DNA from: Eledone cirrhosa
Taxonomy: Eukaryota
Reading direction: 5' to 3'
Length of the DNA stretch: 64,000 nt
Assembly (NCBI GenBank): GCA_964016885.1
Contig: OZ024756.1
Location: 16,120,001-16,184,000 of the forward strand
Position 1 is the first letter of the stretch, and every line of letters begins with the position of its first letter. Under the pieces are notes generated by a model. The model was not told where the DNA came from. It saw only the letters and a program-made list of their open reading frames with translations, and did no database searches. The position numbers and the translations under genes are program-made. Of the stretch, positions 42,230 through 53,477 are shown piece by piece.

Positions 42230-42445
42230 TAGTCGATCGACTTTCGTCAAATCGGACCGAGGAAACTATGTTTCCGTTGGTCTTTCCAATTGCTAATACT
42301 ATCTATCGGTCGCAACTCCAGGTAGAAGGAGCAACGTGAAATAAAGTGTCTTGCTCAAGGACATAACGCATCGCCTGGTTCAGGAATCGAACTCACAACC
42401 TCACGATTGTGAATCTAATACTCTAACCACTCAGCCACACGCCTT
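42230..42445 (-). mobile_element. Full-length tRNA/CORE SINE (family C)
   Basis: Minus strand ggcgtgtggctgagtggttagag...gagttcgattcctg (A and B boxes), CORE-like segment, and a 3' region shared with 40140-40235 and 61598-61680. Confidence 0.85.
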
Positions 42446-42467
42446 CATATGTATATGTATATATACA

Positions 42468-42512
<45 letters not shown>

Positions 42513-42587
42513 GTATATGTATATATACATATATGTATATGTATATATACATATATGTATACATATATGTATATATATATGTATATA

Positions 42588-42634
<47 letters not shown>

Positions 42635-42739
42635 GTATATATATGTATATATATGTATATATATGTATATATATGTATATATATATATATGTATATATAT
42701 ATATGTATATATATGTATATATATATATGTATATATATG

Positions 42740-42792
<53 letters not shown>

Positions 42793-42967
42793 GTATATAT
42801 ATATATGTATATAGATATATATGTATATAGATATATATGTATATAGATATATATGTATATATATATATGTATATAGATATATATGTATATAGATATATAT
42901 GTATATATATATATGTATATAGATATATATGTATATATATATATGTATATATATATGTATATATATG

Positions 42968-43018
<51 letters not shown>

Positions 43019-43240
43019 GTATATGTATATATATATATATGTATATATATATATGTATATATATATATGTATATGTATATATATGTATATGTATATATAT
43101 ATATATGTATATATATATATGTATATGTATATAGATATATATGTATATAGATATATATGTATATGTATATAGATGTATATGTATATAGATATATATGTAT
43201 ATGTATATAGATATATATGTATATATATATATATATATGT

Positions 43241-43290
<50 letters not shown>

Positions 43291-43871
43291 GTATATTTGT
43301 ATATGTATATAGATATATATGTATATATATTATATATATATATGTATATAGATATATATGTATATATATTATATATATATATGTATATATATTATATATA
43401 TAAATATATATTATATATGTATATATATTATATATATATATGTATATATATTATATATATATATATATATTATATATGTATATATATTATATATATATAT
43501 ATTATATATGTATATATATATATATATGTATATGTATATATATATGTATATATGGGATTTAGTGATTTAATCCTGGTATGTATATAAGCATTTCTAACAT
43601 TAATTTTTACCTAATTATGTATGGTTGATCGTATATTTAATTAATTTCCACGTGCTGTTGAAATGTTGGGTAAATATTCTATAGTGGTTGTGCGTGAAGA
43701 GGCCGCTGTGGCGTATTTATCTACTGTTTCTTCATAGGTGCCTTTTATTCTTATAGCCTGGTCTAATTGATTTTTTGTGTGGTTAATTATGCTGATTGGG
43801 AATAGAGATGATGTATATATATTATCAAATAATTCTCTGGACATGTTTTACTCTAGTATATATGTATATAT

Positions 43872-44210
43872 ATAAATGTAATCTGAGTTTTTCGAATATT
43901 AATAACATTTGATTCGTTTGCAATTATGCAAACAAGCCTCATTTTTAAAGCCATGTCAGTAGAATGAACCCTTCATTCTTGCTCTTGTGTTGGCATGTAA
44001 ACAGAACTGCAGACACTAATGTTTCTGGGTATCACCCTTCATCAGTACAGCTCACTGTTCACCTGCCAAACTGTCAGAGCTAGTGAAAATATATGCTATT
44101 TTCTAAAATATACATTGACTGATTGGCCTGATTTGCATATTAGCGGACTGGCTGATCAGTCAGATCTGCATATTAGCAGATCCACTAATCAGCCAGATTT
44201 GCATATCAGC
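43872..44210 (-). mobile_element. Hammerhead-bearing repeat unit (Penelope pLTR / retrozyme-like), copy 1
   Basis: Near identical to 49624-49960; contains the hammerhead at 44004-44053. Confidence 0.75.
44004..44053 (-). ncRNA. Type I hammerhead ribozyme motif (class 2)
   Basis: GAGCUGUA-CUGAUGA-A GGG ugaua CCC A-GAA-ACA uuag UGU-C/UGCAGUUC. 8-bp stem I, 3-bp stem III, GUC cleavage at 44012/44011. The 10.1-11.1 position is A-A, which is non-canonical. Confidence 0.8.
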
Positions 44211-44229
44211 AAACTGATACCTGTTGCAG

Positions 44230-44635
44230 CCATCCGACTGAGGCCATGTTGGGGCACCGCCCTTGTTGCTACACATTTTATCTCCAGCCTGTATTGGTTG
44301 GCCACAGGTGCAAGAGGGAGTTTGTTGTTGCTGCCCTTAGGTTTCCCTCGTGCCTTGCTCTGGGCTCATCTGGGATCCTGAATAGCAAGGTGTCGAGATG
44401 TTTCTTGAAAACAACATCCACGTCCACACCATGCAGATCTCTCAAATCCCTTGGCAGCTTGTTGAAGAGTTGAGGGCCTTTGAACCTCAGGCTATTGCAA
44501 TGTGGAAGACGGGACCTTTGGCACCACGCAGTGACGTCCTGTTCAGGAGTTGGTCTAGCTCCCAATGCGAAAGTTTGGTGCTAGTCCCTCCAGGATTTTC
44601 CATATGTATATCACTGCGTATCTCTCCCGTCTTCG
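44230..44635 (-). mobile_element. CR1-group LINE 3' fragment (family 1)
   Basis: Homologous to 8170-8612: LRRRERYAVIYIWKILEGL...[11 protein letters not shown]. Confidence 0.85.
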
Positions 44636-44716
44636 TAAAATGATGATGATGATGATGATATCAATATATATATATATCAATATATATATACATAAATATA
44701 TATATCGATATATATA

Positions 44717-45407
44717 TGTAACGGAATACTCCTATGTTTTACCGGCGAAGATTTGAAACCGAATGTGAGTTTTCTCGCCTCTAGAACCACCTATTGTTGG
44801 GAGGTTCCCACTATTGTCTTGTCAAGAGACCAGGATGATAAACGTACATACCACTTGACCTTTGACTCCAGCTTCCTGAGAGACGAAATCCACATGGCTG
44901 ATCATAAATACACATCCTTCTAGTTATAGCATTATTATAAATACAAGGATATGAGAAACCCAGCAGCCAGACTGAAGCAAGCAGTCTGTATTAAGGTTAA
45001 CAATGTAGCAGACCTTTCACTCTATCTCTCTCTCCTGGCCTCACTGGCTCTCACCCTCTCAGCCTCGGACTACGCCAACAGACAAGAGACCACGAAGCAG
45101 CAGTCCATGAGACTAATAATGTATTCTAAGAATAGACACACACACATAGTAAGTTTCATATTGTTTACATCTATGCTTCATCTATTCTTCCGTCTCCCTG
45201 TCATATTGTATCGTCATATTGATAATGCATACACGCTAGCTCGAAGTAGCTAGCCAGCAAATAACGTAGTGATAAATCCTGTCATAAATATTATTACTCG
45301 ATGTTCAAAGTGAACATTGTTATTGTAAAATAAACATTGTTAACATCACAATTCTGGCATTATTCTTTTTATCATTCATCCACAAAAGAATACATTTATC
45401 CACTACA
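44717..45407 (+). mobile_element. Putative solo LTR (~690 bp)
   Basis: Starts TGTAACG and ends CTACA, flanked by TATA/TATA. TATAAATA at about 44935 and AATAAA at about 45329. Confidence 0.45.
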
Positions 45408-45424
45408 TATATATATATGTATAT

Positions 45425-45580
45425 ATATATATTTGTTAAAATAAAAGATTAAAGTTTAAGCAAAGAATCGCTGCTTTCACCCTTAATGGGATCTTCTGAA
45501 ACTTTCAAAAGATCCCATTAAGGGTGAAAGCAGCGATTCTTTGCTTAAACTTTAATCTGTTATTTTAATAAATATATATA
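45425..45580. repeat. Near-perfect palindrome centred at 45502
   Basis: ...aagcaaagaatcgctgctttcacccttaatgggatcttctgaaa c tttcaaaagatcccattaagggtgaaagcagcgattctttgctt... Confidence 0.95.
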
Positions 45581-45668
45581 TATATATATTTATTTATATA
45601 TATATTATTCTTATCAAGCCCTCTTCAGATTTTAGCCTTCACATTTTTTATTATTACTATATATATAT

Positions 45669-45882
45669 ATATAATAACTAGAGATTGATTAACATATAAA
45701 TAAACATGAATAATCACAGGAGATAATTTTTACAAGTGTGTAACCACATATAGCTAGGTAGGTAACTAAATAAAGTTGACCAGAACTTCAAAAATAGCTA
45801 TGTGTGGTTACACACTTGTATAAAAATTATCTCCTGTGATTATTCATGTTTATTTATATGTTAATCAATCTATAGTTATTAT
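45669..45882. repeat. Fold-back with ~87-bp arms and a 38-bp spacer
   Basis: ataataactagagattgattaacatataaataaacatgaataatcacaggagataat... and its reverse complement ending tagttattat. Confidence 0.95.
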
Positions 45883-46341
45883 AAAATGCTCGGACCTACT
45901 CGCTAGAATCTTAGAGCTTATTTTGCGGGTGATATGGCGCATGTCTTTCTGGCATGACACTCATAATTTTGATTTAGATTAAATTCATTTGATTTATCTT
46001 AATTTTGGATATAGATATATATATATATATATATATAGATTGTATGTAAAAGGTAAACAGAAATAACAACACAATCGGGACAGTATATGGAAGGAATATA
46101 TCAGTTTAACGCTTGAAATAGCAGGAAGAGCGTCTTAACGTTTTGGATGTATTTATATATAAAAAACAAAATTAGGATTTGATTTCTCACTCTAGCATAG
46201 CAGATTACATAAATGTAAGTATGGGTTATATCGAATATTAATAATAATAATATTTGATTTGTTTACAAGCAAACAGCCTTACTAAGCTATGCCATGTTTT
46301 GGCAGCTATTGCCATCTGTTTGTTCAACAGTAGCATCGAGG

Positions 46342-46387
46342 AACAATTTACATGTTTCTGGGTCATTACCCTTCATCAGGACTGTTT
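46342..46387 (-). ncRNA. Minimal type I hammerhead (class 2, palindromic stem III)
   Basis: AAACAGUC-CUGAUGA-A GGG uaauga CCC A-GAA-ACAUGU-A/AAUUGUU. One mismatch at 1.1-2.1. Confidence 0.65.
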
Positions 46388-46545
46388 AACTCTCTGACAC
46401 TCGAAAATATATAGTATTTTCTTCAGTATACCTCGGCTGATTAACCTCATTAAAATTGCTTGGTATGCAAATGAGGCTGCTCAGCCAATGTTTACATTAG
46501 AAAATACTATATATTTTCAACAGTTTGATCAAGCGTCATAGGCGT

Positions 46546-46592
46546 AAACTGTCCTGATGAAGGCTAATGACCCAGAAACATGTTGATTGTTT
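46546..46592 (+). ncRNA. Minimal type I hammerhead (class 2, palindromic stem III)
   Basis: AAACUGUC-CUGAUGA-A GGC uaauga CCC A-GAA-ACAUGU-U/GAUUGUUU. Slightly decayed. Confidence 0.6.
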
Positions 46593-46648
46593 GCAAATGA
46601 AATAAATATTATTAATAGTATTCGATATAACCCATACTTACATTTATT

Positions 46649-46685
<37 letters not shown>

Positions 46686-46693
46686 GTGTGTAA

Positions 46694-46724
<31 letters not shown>

Positions 46725-46769
46725 GTGACAAAACATAAGTCAATTGCATGAACTCATAATCCTCTATTT

Positions 46770-46825
46770 ACTGCTATATATATTTCGATGATAGCCATTG
46801 AATGGCTATGATCTCATCAGGCAGT
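46770..46825 (-). ncRNA. Type I hammerhead ribozyme motif (class 1)
   Basis: ACUGC-CUGAUGA-[GAU C AUAGCCAU uca AUGGCUAU C AUC]-GAA-AUAUAUAU-A/GCAGU. Cleavage at 46775/46774. Confidence 0.85.
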
Positions 46826-47249
46826 TAGTCAGTTCTTAGATATGCCAGCTCTGTGTTTATGGTGTTGATGGTATCAGAGCCTTGGGATCAATATATTATA
46901 CATATATATATATTATTTACCATCACCGTTATCACATTACAGCGTTATCACATTACACTTTTCCTTGCTTGAAAGGGTGGGACATATATATATATATATA
47001 TTATATCATATACACACATTAATGAGTGTGTATATATGCATAAAGAGGCAGAACATACACAGTGACAGAAAAAAAATAGTAAAAAGGTCATGTGACTATT
47101 AGTATCGGCTAAAACTGAAGTGGACCAGTTAGTGGCTAAAATCAAAATAAACCAGAAATCAATAATATTTGACCCAATACCATAGTGAAATAGCTTGGAC
47201 CGTAGGGAATGGTAAGGGGTGCCAACTTGGAACAGTATATATGTATGTA

Positions 47250-47296
<47 letters not shown>

Positions 47297-47567
47297 ATGT
47301 ATATATGTATGTGTGTATATATGTATGTGTGTGTATATATATATATGTATGTATATGTGTATATATATATATATGTATATATGTATATATGTATGTATGT
47401 ATATATGTATATATACATATATATGTATGTATATATGTATATATATATATATGTATGTATATATGTATATATATATATATGTATGTATATATGTATATAT
47501 ATATATATGTATGTATATATGTATATATATATATATGTTTATATATATATGTATGTATATATGTATG

Positions 47568-47598
<31 letters not shown>

Positions 47599-47615
47599 GT
47601 ATGTATATATGTATG

Positions 47616-47660
<45 letters not shown>

Positions 47661-47918
47661 GTATATATATATATATGTATGTATATATGTATATATATAT
47701 ATACATATATGTAGAGGAATGAAGGAAAGAGCATAAAGGATAAAATTAAAATAACAACACAAGAGAGAGTTACCTTGGGAGAGATTTAATTGTCCCTATA
47801 TATTTTGGATTTACATCCATCAACTGGGGTTTTTTCCGGGGTGGGGGAAAGGTTGTCTGTCGGAAAGGTGCGAAACGCGTCCTCCGCTGTAGTTTTGAAT
47901 ATATATATACATATATAT

Positions 47919-47965
<47 letters not shown>

Positions 47966-48452
47966 TAGAACTATATACATATATATCAATATACATATAT
48001 ATACATAAATATATATGTGTATATATATATATGTATATACATATATATATATATACGTATCTATCTATCTAAGGCGGGTAAAATTCCCGAGATCCATGGA
48101 CGAGTTCTCTCCAGCGGTCTCTGTCCTTCATTATCGCTGCCATAGACACTGGTCTGTTGGAGATGCAGGATATATATATATACATATATATATATATGTA
48201 TATATATATGTATAAGAGATAACAAGTTATCGTTATAGGTAATCCAGTTAGAGGTTGTGTACTCTGTATTGTGGATAGTTTTAACGTACGGCGTTGTTTG
48301 ACTCAACAAGAGGTTTCCTTAGTTAGGTGGCGAGTTTTCAGGAATTCCTATGCAGGTTAATCTTGGAGTAATAATAGTGAAACAGTGAAGAATAACATGG
48401 TCAACAGTACAAAAAGGTTTTTATTTACAGTATTAACAATTATTACATTGAT

Positions 48453-49615
48453 TAAGATTGCTAATCACTCAAAGTTGTGTCACTCAATCTTAAATACAGT
48501 GTATGCCTAATGAAATCATCGGAATAACTGACAAAATTACACTCGATATTTGTATTTATACTACGGAGAATTCAAATAACAACATCAATAATAAGGAAAG
48601 AAAAAGAAAAAGAAAAAGAAAAAGAAAAAGAAAAAGAAAAAGAAAAAATAATAAAGAAGTTAGAATGAAGATAATAAAAAAAAAAACTAGAATAGAAAGC
48701 ACAACGACGCTGGCCAATAAAATCTGGCAGCTTAAGGATACAAACCAAGAATACTGGATTAGCTGGTCAAAATTATCGGGAGCAAAGGCCTACAGAAATG
48801 GAATGTCCCACTGCGGACTTTGCAATATGGAGCTGTTCCATATTTTAAAGTATGACAAAATGCTGCTTAACACCAATATAGAACGCTCAATTTTCTGTAG
48901 GCACAAAGCAGCTACTAAATTCGCAAATTTCAAACCAACATGATTCGATCCAACAATCCCATAATTCAAGCTGAACCACCCAGAGTCTATTATAATAGCT
49001 ACATACCAACTCACTATTATTAACTGTCAACAAACCAACTAATCACTAAAACAACATCATAAACCTTCTAACCTTTCTTTTACTTTCACTTTCTTTCATT
49101 CTCTCTCCTTAAACCTATTTCACCTCTTCCCTTGTATCCTATCCTATATCTCTTAACCTCTAACCTAACTTCTAATTTATTAATTTATCTTTTATAAGTT
49201 ATTTATCATTTTATTCTTTCATCCTACTCTAACCATCTGTGATTTAACCAATACATATGTATATATTTAATATTTATTTTCATATTAATAATATTCCTAC
49301 CCTCATCACATCTTTATACTTACGCACCACTATAACTTCAACCAACTCCACCACTATTTTCAACAATCATATTATGTTCATATATATATATATTTTTTTT
49401 TTTCACAGTATATATATATTTTTATTTATATATTTTTTATTATCTTCATTCTAACTTCTTTATTTTTATTTCTTTATTATTGATGTTGTTATTTGAATTC
49501 TCTCTAGTATAAATACAAATATCGAGTGTAATTTTGTCAGTTATTCTGGTGATTTGATTAGGCATACACTGTATTTATGATTGAGTGGCACAACTTCGAG
49601 TGATTAGCAATCTTT
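48453..49615 (+). mobile_element. Penelope-like element 3' remnant (GIY-YIG C-terminus) bracketed by ~150-bp inverted repeats
   Basis: 48690-48943 encodes TTLANKIWQLKD...ISWSKLSGAKAYRNGMSHCGLCNMELFHIL...LLN...CRH*, a typical PLE endonuclease tail. 48453-48600 is the reverse complement of 49470-49615. Confidence 0.8.
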
Positions 49616-49623
49616 AGACATCC

Positions 49624-50180
49624 ATGTAATCTGAGTTTTTCGAAAATTAATAATGATATTCGATTCGTTTGCAATTATGCAAACAAGCCTCATTTTTAAA
49701 GCCATGTCAGTAGAATGAACCCTTCATTCTTGCTCTTGTGTTGGCATGTAAACAGAACTGCAGACACTAATGTTTCTGGGTGTCACCTTTCATCAGTACA
49801 GCTCACTGTTCACCTGCCAAACTGTCAGAGCTAGTGAAAATATATGCTATTTTCTAAAATATACATTGACTGATTGGCCTGATTTGCATATTAGCAGACT
49901 GGCTGATTAGTCAGATCTGAATATTAGCAGATCCACTGATCAGCCAGATTTGCATATCAGAGACAGGCCAGTCAGTTTCCTGTATATGAGTGATTAATGG
50001 CTGGCTTTGCTATATTCAAATTTTAAAAAAATAATAAATTATTGCTCTACATAGCTGAATACAATAAATGTAATCTGAGTTTACGAATATTAATAATAAC
50101 ATTCGATTCGTTTGCAATTATGCAAACAAGCCTCATTTTACAGTAGAATGAGGCCCTCATTCTTCTTCTTATGTTGGCAT
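49624..50180 (-). mobile_element. Hammerhead-bearing repeat unit, copy 2, plus a partial tandem copy (period 444 bp)
   Basis: atgtaatctgagttt occurs at 49624 and 50068. Confidence 0.75.
49755..49804 (-). ncRNA. Type I hammerhead ribozyme motif (class 2)
   Basis: Same as 44004-44053 except stem II reads A AGG ugaca CCC A. Confidence 0.7.
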
Positions 50181-50539
50181 TTTTTTTTTGTATATATACA
50201 TATTTATATATACATATAAATACATATTTATATATACATATATATACATATTTATATATAAATATATATACATATTTATATGTGCATATATATACATATT
50301 TATATATACATATATATATATACATACATATTTATATATACATATATATTCATATTTATATATACATATATATACATATTTATATGTGCATATATATACA
50401 TATTTATATATACATATATATTCATATTTATATATACATATATATACATATTTATATGTGCATATATATACATATTTATATATACATATATATATAAACA
50501 TATATATACACATATATATATATACATATATATATATAC

Positions 50540-50630
<91 letters not shown>

Positions 50631-50750
50631 TATATACATATATATATATACATATATATATATATGTACGTATATATATAAATGTATATACATATATATA
50701 TATATCTATACATATATTTATATACATATGTATGTATATATATATTTATG

Positions 50751-50783
<33 letters not shown>

Positions 50784-50829
50784 ATGTGTGGATATATGTA
50801 TATATATATGTATATGTATACACACACAC

Positions 50830-50893
<64 letters not shown>

Positions 50894-51021
50894 GTGTATG
50901 TGTGTGTATGTATATATAAGTATATATATATATGTAAGTATATATATATGTATATATAGATATATGTGTATGTGTGTGTGTGTATATATAAGTTTATATA
51001 TATATAAGTATATATATATAA

Positions 51022-51080
<59 letters not shown>

Positions 51081-51106
51081 CATACATATGTAAAAAAACA
51101 TACACG

Positions 51107-51140
<34 letters not shown>

Positions 51141-51370
51141 ATCCAATGACAAAGCAGACTGCAATTTGCTGCTTATTCATAGGAATAAGGCTTCAGTAAT
51201 AACAACAAGGGGTCAACAACAACAACAAACACACCCAGAGACAAGCATAGTTTCTTACACAATATTACCCACATTATTATTACTGTCCATTTGGGCGACA
51301 TTTAAATTGCACTGTCCATTTTTGAACAGTTTTCCCTGGCAACGTATACAGAGGACAGGGGATGTAGAGT

Positions 51371-51968
51371 AATGTAGTGTAGTGTAGTGTAGTGTAGTGT
51401 GGTGTGGTGTGGTGTAGTATAGTGTAGTGTAGTATGGTGTAGTGTAGTGTAGTATGGTGTGGTGTAGTGTAGTGTAGTATGGTGTGGTGTAGTGTATTGT
51501 GTGGTGTGTGTGGTGTGGTGTGGTGTAGTATAGTGTAGTGTAGTGTGGTATGGTGTGGTGTAGTGTAGTGTAGTGTAGTATGGTGTAGTGTATTGTGCAG
51601 TGTAGTGTGGTGTGTGTGGTGTGGTGTAGTATAGTGTAGTGTAGTGTGGTATGGTGTGGTGTAGTGTTGTGTGGTGTCGTGTAGTGTGGTGTAGTGTAGT
51701 GTAGTGTGGTGTAGTATAGTGTTGTGTGGTGTAGTGTCGTGTGGTGTAGTTAGTGTAGTGTGGTGTAGTATAGTGTAGTGTAGTGTAGTGTGGTGTAGTA
51801 TAGTGTAGTGTAGTGTAGTATGGTGTGGTGTAGTGTAGTGTGGTGTAGTGTAGTGTAGTGTAGTGTAGTGTGGTGTAGTGTGGTGTAGTTAGTGTAGTGT
51901 AGTGTGGTATAGTGAGGTGTTGTGTGGTGTAGTGTCGTGTAGTGCTCTGTTGTGTGGTGTAGTGTAGT
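51371..51968. repeat. (GTAGT/GTGGT)n pentanucleotide array
   Basis: Direct reading. Confidence 0.95.
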
Positions 51969-52039
51969 CTATTTCTTTACAACTCTCTCACACCTCTTCT
52001 CATCACTCTCCCTCACACTCTCTCTTTTTTCTCCCTTAC

Positions 52040-52596
52040 ACTCTCTCACTTTACTTGTCTCTCTCTTACACTCTCACTTTACTTGTCTCGGTCTTACACT
52101 CTCACTTTACTTGTCTCGGTCTTACACTCTCACTTTACTTGTCTCGGTCTTACACTCTCACTTTACTTGTCTCGGTCTTACACTCTCACTTTACTTGTCT
52201 CGGTCTTACACTCTCACTTTACTTGTCTCGGTCTTACACTCTCACTTTACTTGTCTCTCTCTTACACTCTCACTTTACTTGTCTCGGTCTTACACTCTCA
52301 CTTTACTTGTCTCGGTCTTACACTCTCACTTTACTTGTCTCTCTCTTACACTCTCACTTTACTTGTCTCGGTCTTACACTCTCACTTTACTTGTCTCTCT
52401 CTTACACTCTCACTTTACTTGTCTCGGTCTTACACTCTCACTTTACTTGTCTCGGTCTTACACTCTCACTTTACTTGTCTCTCTCTTACACTCTCACTTT
52501 ACTTGTCTCGGTCTTACACTCTCACTTTACTTGTCTCTCTCTTACACTCTCACTTTACTTGTCTCGGTCTTACACTCTCACTTTACTTGTCTCTCT
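52040..52596. repeat. 28-bp minisatellite, about 20 copies, two variants
   Basis: cactctcactttacttgtctc(ggt/tct)ctta. Confidence 0.97.
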
Positions 52597-53477
52597 ATTG
52601 CTCTTCTTTCTCATTCTATCTTTCCTCTTCTTTTTTAATTATTTTCTTTTTCTCTCTCTTTCTCTTCTTTTTCTCTTATTGTTTTACTTTTCTTCTCTCT
52701 CTATCTTTTTGTTGTCTGTCTTTCATACTTTTTAATTTTCATTCACTTTTTTCTCCCTTTCATTGTTTCTCTTTTCTTTCTCTCTTTCCCTCTGTCTACT
52801 TCAAAGTCTTTTTCTTTCCCCTATTTTTTTAATTACCTTTTTCTCTTTTCTCTCCGTTTTTATGTCACTCGAACTTCTTTCTCCTTTCCTCTTTCTCTTT
52901 TATTTTTGTCTCTTTTACTTATCTCCCCCTCTCTCTTTGTCTCTCATCCCTAGTCCGTCTCTTTCCTCTCTCTCTTTGTCTCTCACCCTTAGTCCGTCTC
53001 TTTCTCTCCCCCCTCTCTCTCTCTTTGTCTCTCACCTCTAGTCCGTCTCTTTCTCTCCTCTTTCTTTCTTTGTCTCTCACCCCTAGTCTGTCTCTTTCTC
53101 TCTCTCCCTTTGTCTCCCACCCCTAATCTGTCTCTTTCTAAGCTTTCTCTCTTCTTTTCTTTTTGTCTCCCAATCGTAGTCTGTCTCTTTCATTTCTTTC
53201 TTTTTCCTTTCTTGTTTTGTCTCTCACTTCTTGTCTTTTTCCTTCAATTCTCTCTCTCTCTCTCCTTTCCGCTTGTCTTTTACTCCTCGTCTTTCTCTCT
53301 CTCTTCCTCTCTCCGTCTATCTTCACCGCAGAAGAAAGAATGAAAACAACAACAACAAAAAGAGAAAAGAACAACAGATATAATTTACGTTTTCTCACTC
53401 TCACTACTTTCCCATTCTCTCTCTCTCTTCTTGTCCATCTGCCTCTCTCTCTCTATCTATATATATTATATATATCT

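Larger units (their letters stand above)
46209..46647. mobile_element. Fold-back of two divergent hammerhead-bearing termini
   Basis: Ends ataaatgtaagtatgggttatatcgaata / tattcgatataacccatacttacatttat. The terminus resembles 43872. Confidence 0.8.

Noticed and set aside
43641-43844. 67-aa non-repetitive ORF
   Set aside because: No recognisable motif; possibly a retroelement fragment, but that cannot be supported.
47855-47890. cgaaacgcgtc hammerhead half
   Set aside because: No CUGANGA upstream.
51952-52832. Leu/Ser-rich ORFs in three frames
   Set aside because: 28-bp minisatellite and pyrimidine tract.
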